A stretch of DNA of 64,000 nucleotides, from the NCBI GenBank assembly GCA_009859145.1, contig VRVR01000038.1, forward strand, positions 62,001-126,000, in the 5' to 3' direction. Numbering within the stretch: the first letter of the stretch is position 1; every line of letters starts with the position of its first letter. A program made the translations under genes and the position numbers. This DNA is from Andalucia godoyi And28. Taxonomy: Eukaryota; Protista; Jakobida. Positions 61,443 through 64,000 of the stretch are shown in pieces. A model generated the notes under the pieces. It ran no database searches. It saw only the letters and a list, made by a program, of their open reading frames with translations, and was not told the origin of the DNA.

Positions 61443-61775
61443 TTTGAAAGACGTTTTTACCAAGATGATATTAACAATATTTTTAAAAAGAGAAGTGTTT
61501 CTTTTGTGGTTGTTTCCCAACGATGATGCGCATTCCCTACGCACATTCTCCCAAGCAAATGTACGGCAGTTTGAGCTTCGTCGGAACTTCGGAACCAGCG
61601 GCCATCGGGTGTTCTAAACACCCTGCAGACAGTGCGGAAGAGAAAACGTCTGAGAGGATAGCGTTTTGCATTTGAACAGTCTATTCTCCATTCGTTTCTC
61701 GCTCGATGAAAATGCAGCTCTGTCTAACAAAGCTGGCCTGGTCTGGCCGATACACAGACATCGCATATTCGCCTG

Positions 61776-61878
61776 CATTATACACTGAACATGCATATCT
61801 ACGAATAGACATGCATATTCAATCTTGCATCCCGCTGCCGGGAAGGGGATAGACCCCCAACACGCCTCACGGCGTTCT
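61776..61878 (-). ncRNA. Candidate omega-RNA scaffold, copy 2
   Basis: Same 15-bp UUCG hairpin at 61787-61820. Confidence 0.68.
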
Positions 61879-62338
61879 TCAGATAGATGTTCCGCGCTCC
61901 GTTCCCAATCTCGATCAATCGGTGAGCCACTTTCTCAGCATGACACGTTGCTCCTGAGAAGGGTGCATTTTGATTCCGACGGCCCGAGCAGCAGGCGCTT
62001 TCGTGTCCTCAGTTGCAGCGCGATTGATGCAACTGGAGATACGAGAGGAAGAGGCGGTAGGAAGACGGTGGGGCATTGCGACTGCGCCTGCGCCTGGTGC
62101 ATCGTAGCAGAAAACCAAGAGTTCTGCAAGAGACGGTCCCTGGGGCTTCTGCTTGGGGTTGGCTACCGTGAGTGCTGGAGATTGGAGATCATCGGGTCTT
62201 GGAAGTTCGCCTCTTGGCAGTGCGCTGAACGAATGATAGATGGCTACGGATGTTGCCTTGAAGAGCGTCGAAAATGCGGAGCCTGTGTCACAGGTCGCGT
62301 CTGTTTATGCATACTTCCGTATGCATGACAATGACGTG
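61776..62338 (-). mobile_element. 563-bp non-autonomous Fanzor2-derived element, copy 2
   Basis: Identical to 55578-56140 (offset 6198); flanks differ on both sides. Confidence 0.9.
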
Positions 62339-62430
62339 TCATTATTCAGCTGTCGAATTGATGCGATAACCCTCCGCTATTTTGTTCTTGTTGTTTTTTC
62401 TCTTTTTTTGTTTATTTAATTTTAATCGCA

Positions 62431-63542
62431 CTACAAACCACGGTTCACAATCACACGCTCATTTTGGTTATGAACCTTCGAGGCAAAGTGGGGCTCCAGA
62501 TTCTTGGTATCAATTTCCATGGTTTGCGGGAAAACCGCCAACGTTAAAGGAAGGAAGACAAACATGCCCAAGCCAACGAGCGATGCGTTCACGAGAACGT
62601 TTCCAACTTTGGATTTGATACGATCTTGTAAACGGAATGCCATGTACGTCGCCGGAGGGAGAACCATTACAGGAAAGGCAGTCAAGACTCGAGTGATGGC
62701 AGTCTGGATGATTGCCAACTTGCCGGCTTCCGGAGACTTTCCAAGGTACGTTCCCTTCTTGTCATAGATGCTCACTCCTTCAACAGTTTCATTGCGTCTC
62801 ATCAAGTAGACGTTTGCAGCAGATGCAACAGCGACGGCAATGAAAGGAGAAAACTTGCGAAACTTCGAAGCAACCGGTACAGCTTTGTCCATTAGGAACG
62901 ACGTTGCCATCGCGGCACCGGTTGCGCCTCCGTAGGCTTGCAGCAATTGCTGATTCGACAATTGCTGGAGCGTGACGTTTTAATTAAATTAAAAAACAGC
63001 GCGTGAGAAGAAGAAAATGAAAACAAACACGACAATCAATCAAGCGTCGAAAGGAAGCTGCAAAGAACATACATTGCTGGCATTTCGGTTTGCATAATTG
63101 ACGCACGTGTTGTAACTCTGGTTCACAAACTGAAAGAACAAATTCGCTGAAGTACAAACAATAGAGGATTGTAAATACACGTTTCTGTTGACGAGTAATC
63201 GCAAGTTGTGTGTCTGTTAACAAGAAACATACCGGACAGTGATTGAGCTGTCAACATCCCTGCAACAATAACAATGTTCATTGGGACAGCCGCAGACATT
63301 CGAAACGGAAGCGGAATCACATCCTTCGTGTCCGGATGGATCATCGAATCTCGCACCTTCATTGCATACTCGACTTCCTCGGGCGTGTAGTCTTTCGCAT
63401 TTTCCAGGACGTGCATGTAATGATTCAGATCCGCCTTTGTCACGAACAGCGTCCGCATGTCCGTGATCTCAAAACACTTCCGCACACGTGCGACATATCC
63501 CTGGAACCAGTTGGGACCGAAGAAACTCGTAAACGGCACCAT
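62431..63542 (-). CDS. SFXN: Sideroflexin, 3 exons, 305 aa
   Basis: Exons 63542-63233, 63146-63073, 62964-62431 (GTATGT donors, phases 1/0); HPDT..IPLPFRMSA.VPMN, QFVNQSYN..VNYANRNAS, PFIAVA.AS.ANV.LMR, NRGL. Confidence 0.93.
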
Positions 63543-63783
63543 GTTGGGCTGCTTTAAAAACGGTGGTGGAACACGAAAACCAATCCGAAACCCGGAAAAG
63601 AAACTCCGTGAAAGTATGAAGCTGACGGTTGAAGGCTTTGTATATCAACGTTGAACATCAAACGAACAACATCATACTGGAAGCTTTCACACCAACTTAA
63701 CCCTATGGGGGGGGACGTGATTTCCTGACCGTAGTCAAAATCCAGAATTTCTCTCACTCACTATTTTTCTTTCTTTCCACCAT

Positions 63784-64000
63784 TTTTCTGTTTGTTTCTT
63801 ATATTTATAATCGAACCCTCAAGCAGCACCTTTCATCAGAGACAAAGACAAAACACATCGCATGCCTCCAAAGAGGGGTCTTCCCAACAAACTCAGTCCG
63901 GCCATGCCCGAAGACACCGAGAACCACGAAACCCGTTGATTCCCCTCTCGTCGCAACTTGCTGAGCAGGCGGATGATCATCAGATCACGAAGAAGTGATC
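63784..64000 (+). repeat. Dispersed repeat, copy B (runs off the window end)
   Basis: Reverse complement of 26450-26666 with 2 mismatches. Confidence 0.9.

Overview
Gene-dense, intron-poor nuclear DNA of a unicellular eukaryote (standard code, short AT-rich/microsatellite spacers, all six introns I could resolve start GTATGT). It carries about 34 mostly ordinary housekeeping genes (MAP3K, NDUFB3, WDR44, ACSBG, THOC5, Rac, ZPR1, SLC25A33/36, ENT, TTC5, NUDT21, VAC14, TTLL, OXA1, RPA2, CBL, eIF3h, sideroflexin and others). Four things stand out. (1) A 4-exon gene at 56420-57846 splices in frame into a 348-aa GspE/PilB-family secretion ATPase with all hallmark motifs, a candidate component of the rare mitochondrial type II secretion-derived system. 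(2) Three Fanzor2/TnpB-derived non-autonomous elements are present: two identical 563-bp copies (55578-56140, 61776-62338) and a divergent 756-bp copy (16661-17416). They keep a structurally conserved, strand-specific 3' hairpin (candidate omega-RNA) and share a 12-nt consensus flank exactly where the guide would lie. (3) A protein with two tandem ParB/Srx-like domains resembling prokaryotic proteins (18487-20064). (4) A roughly half-length huntingtin-like protein (40011-44321). All family assignments come from motif recognition by eye; no database search was run.
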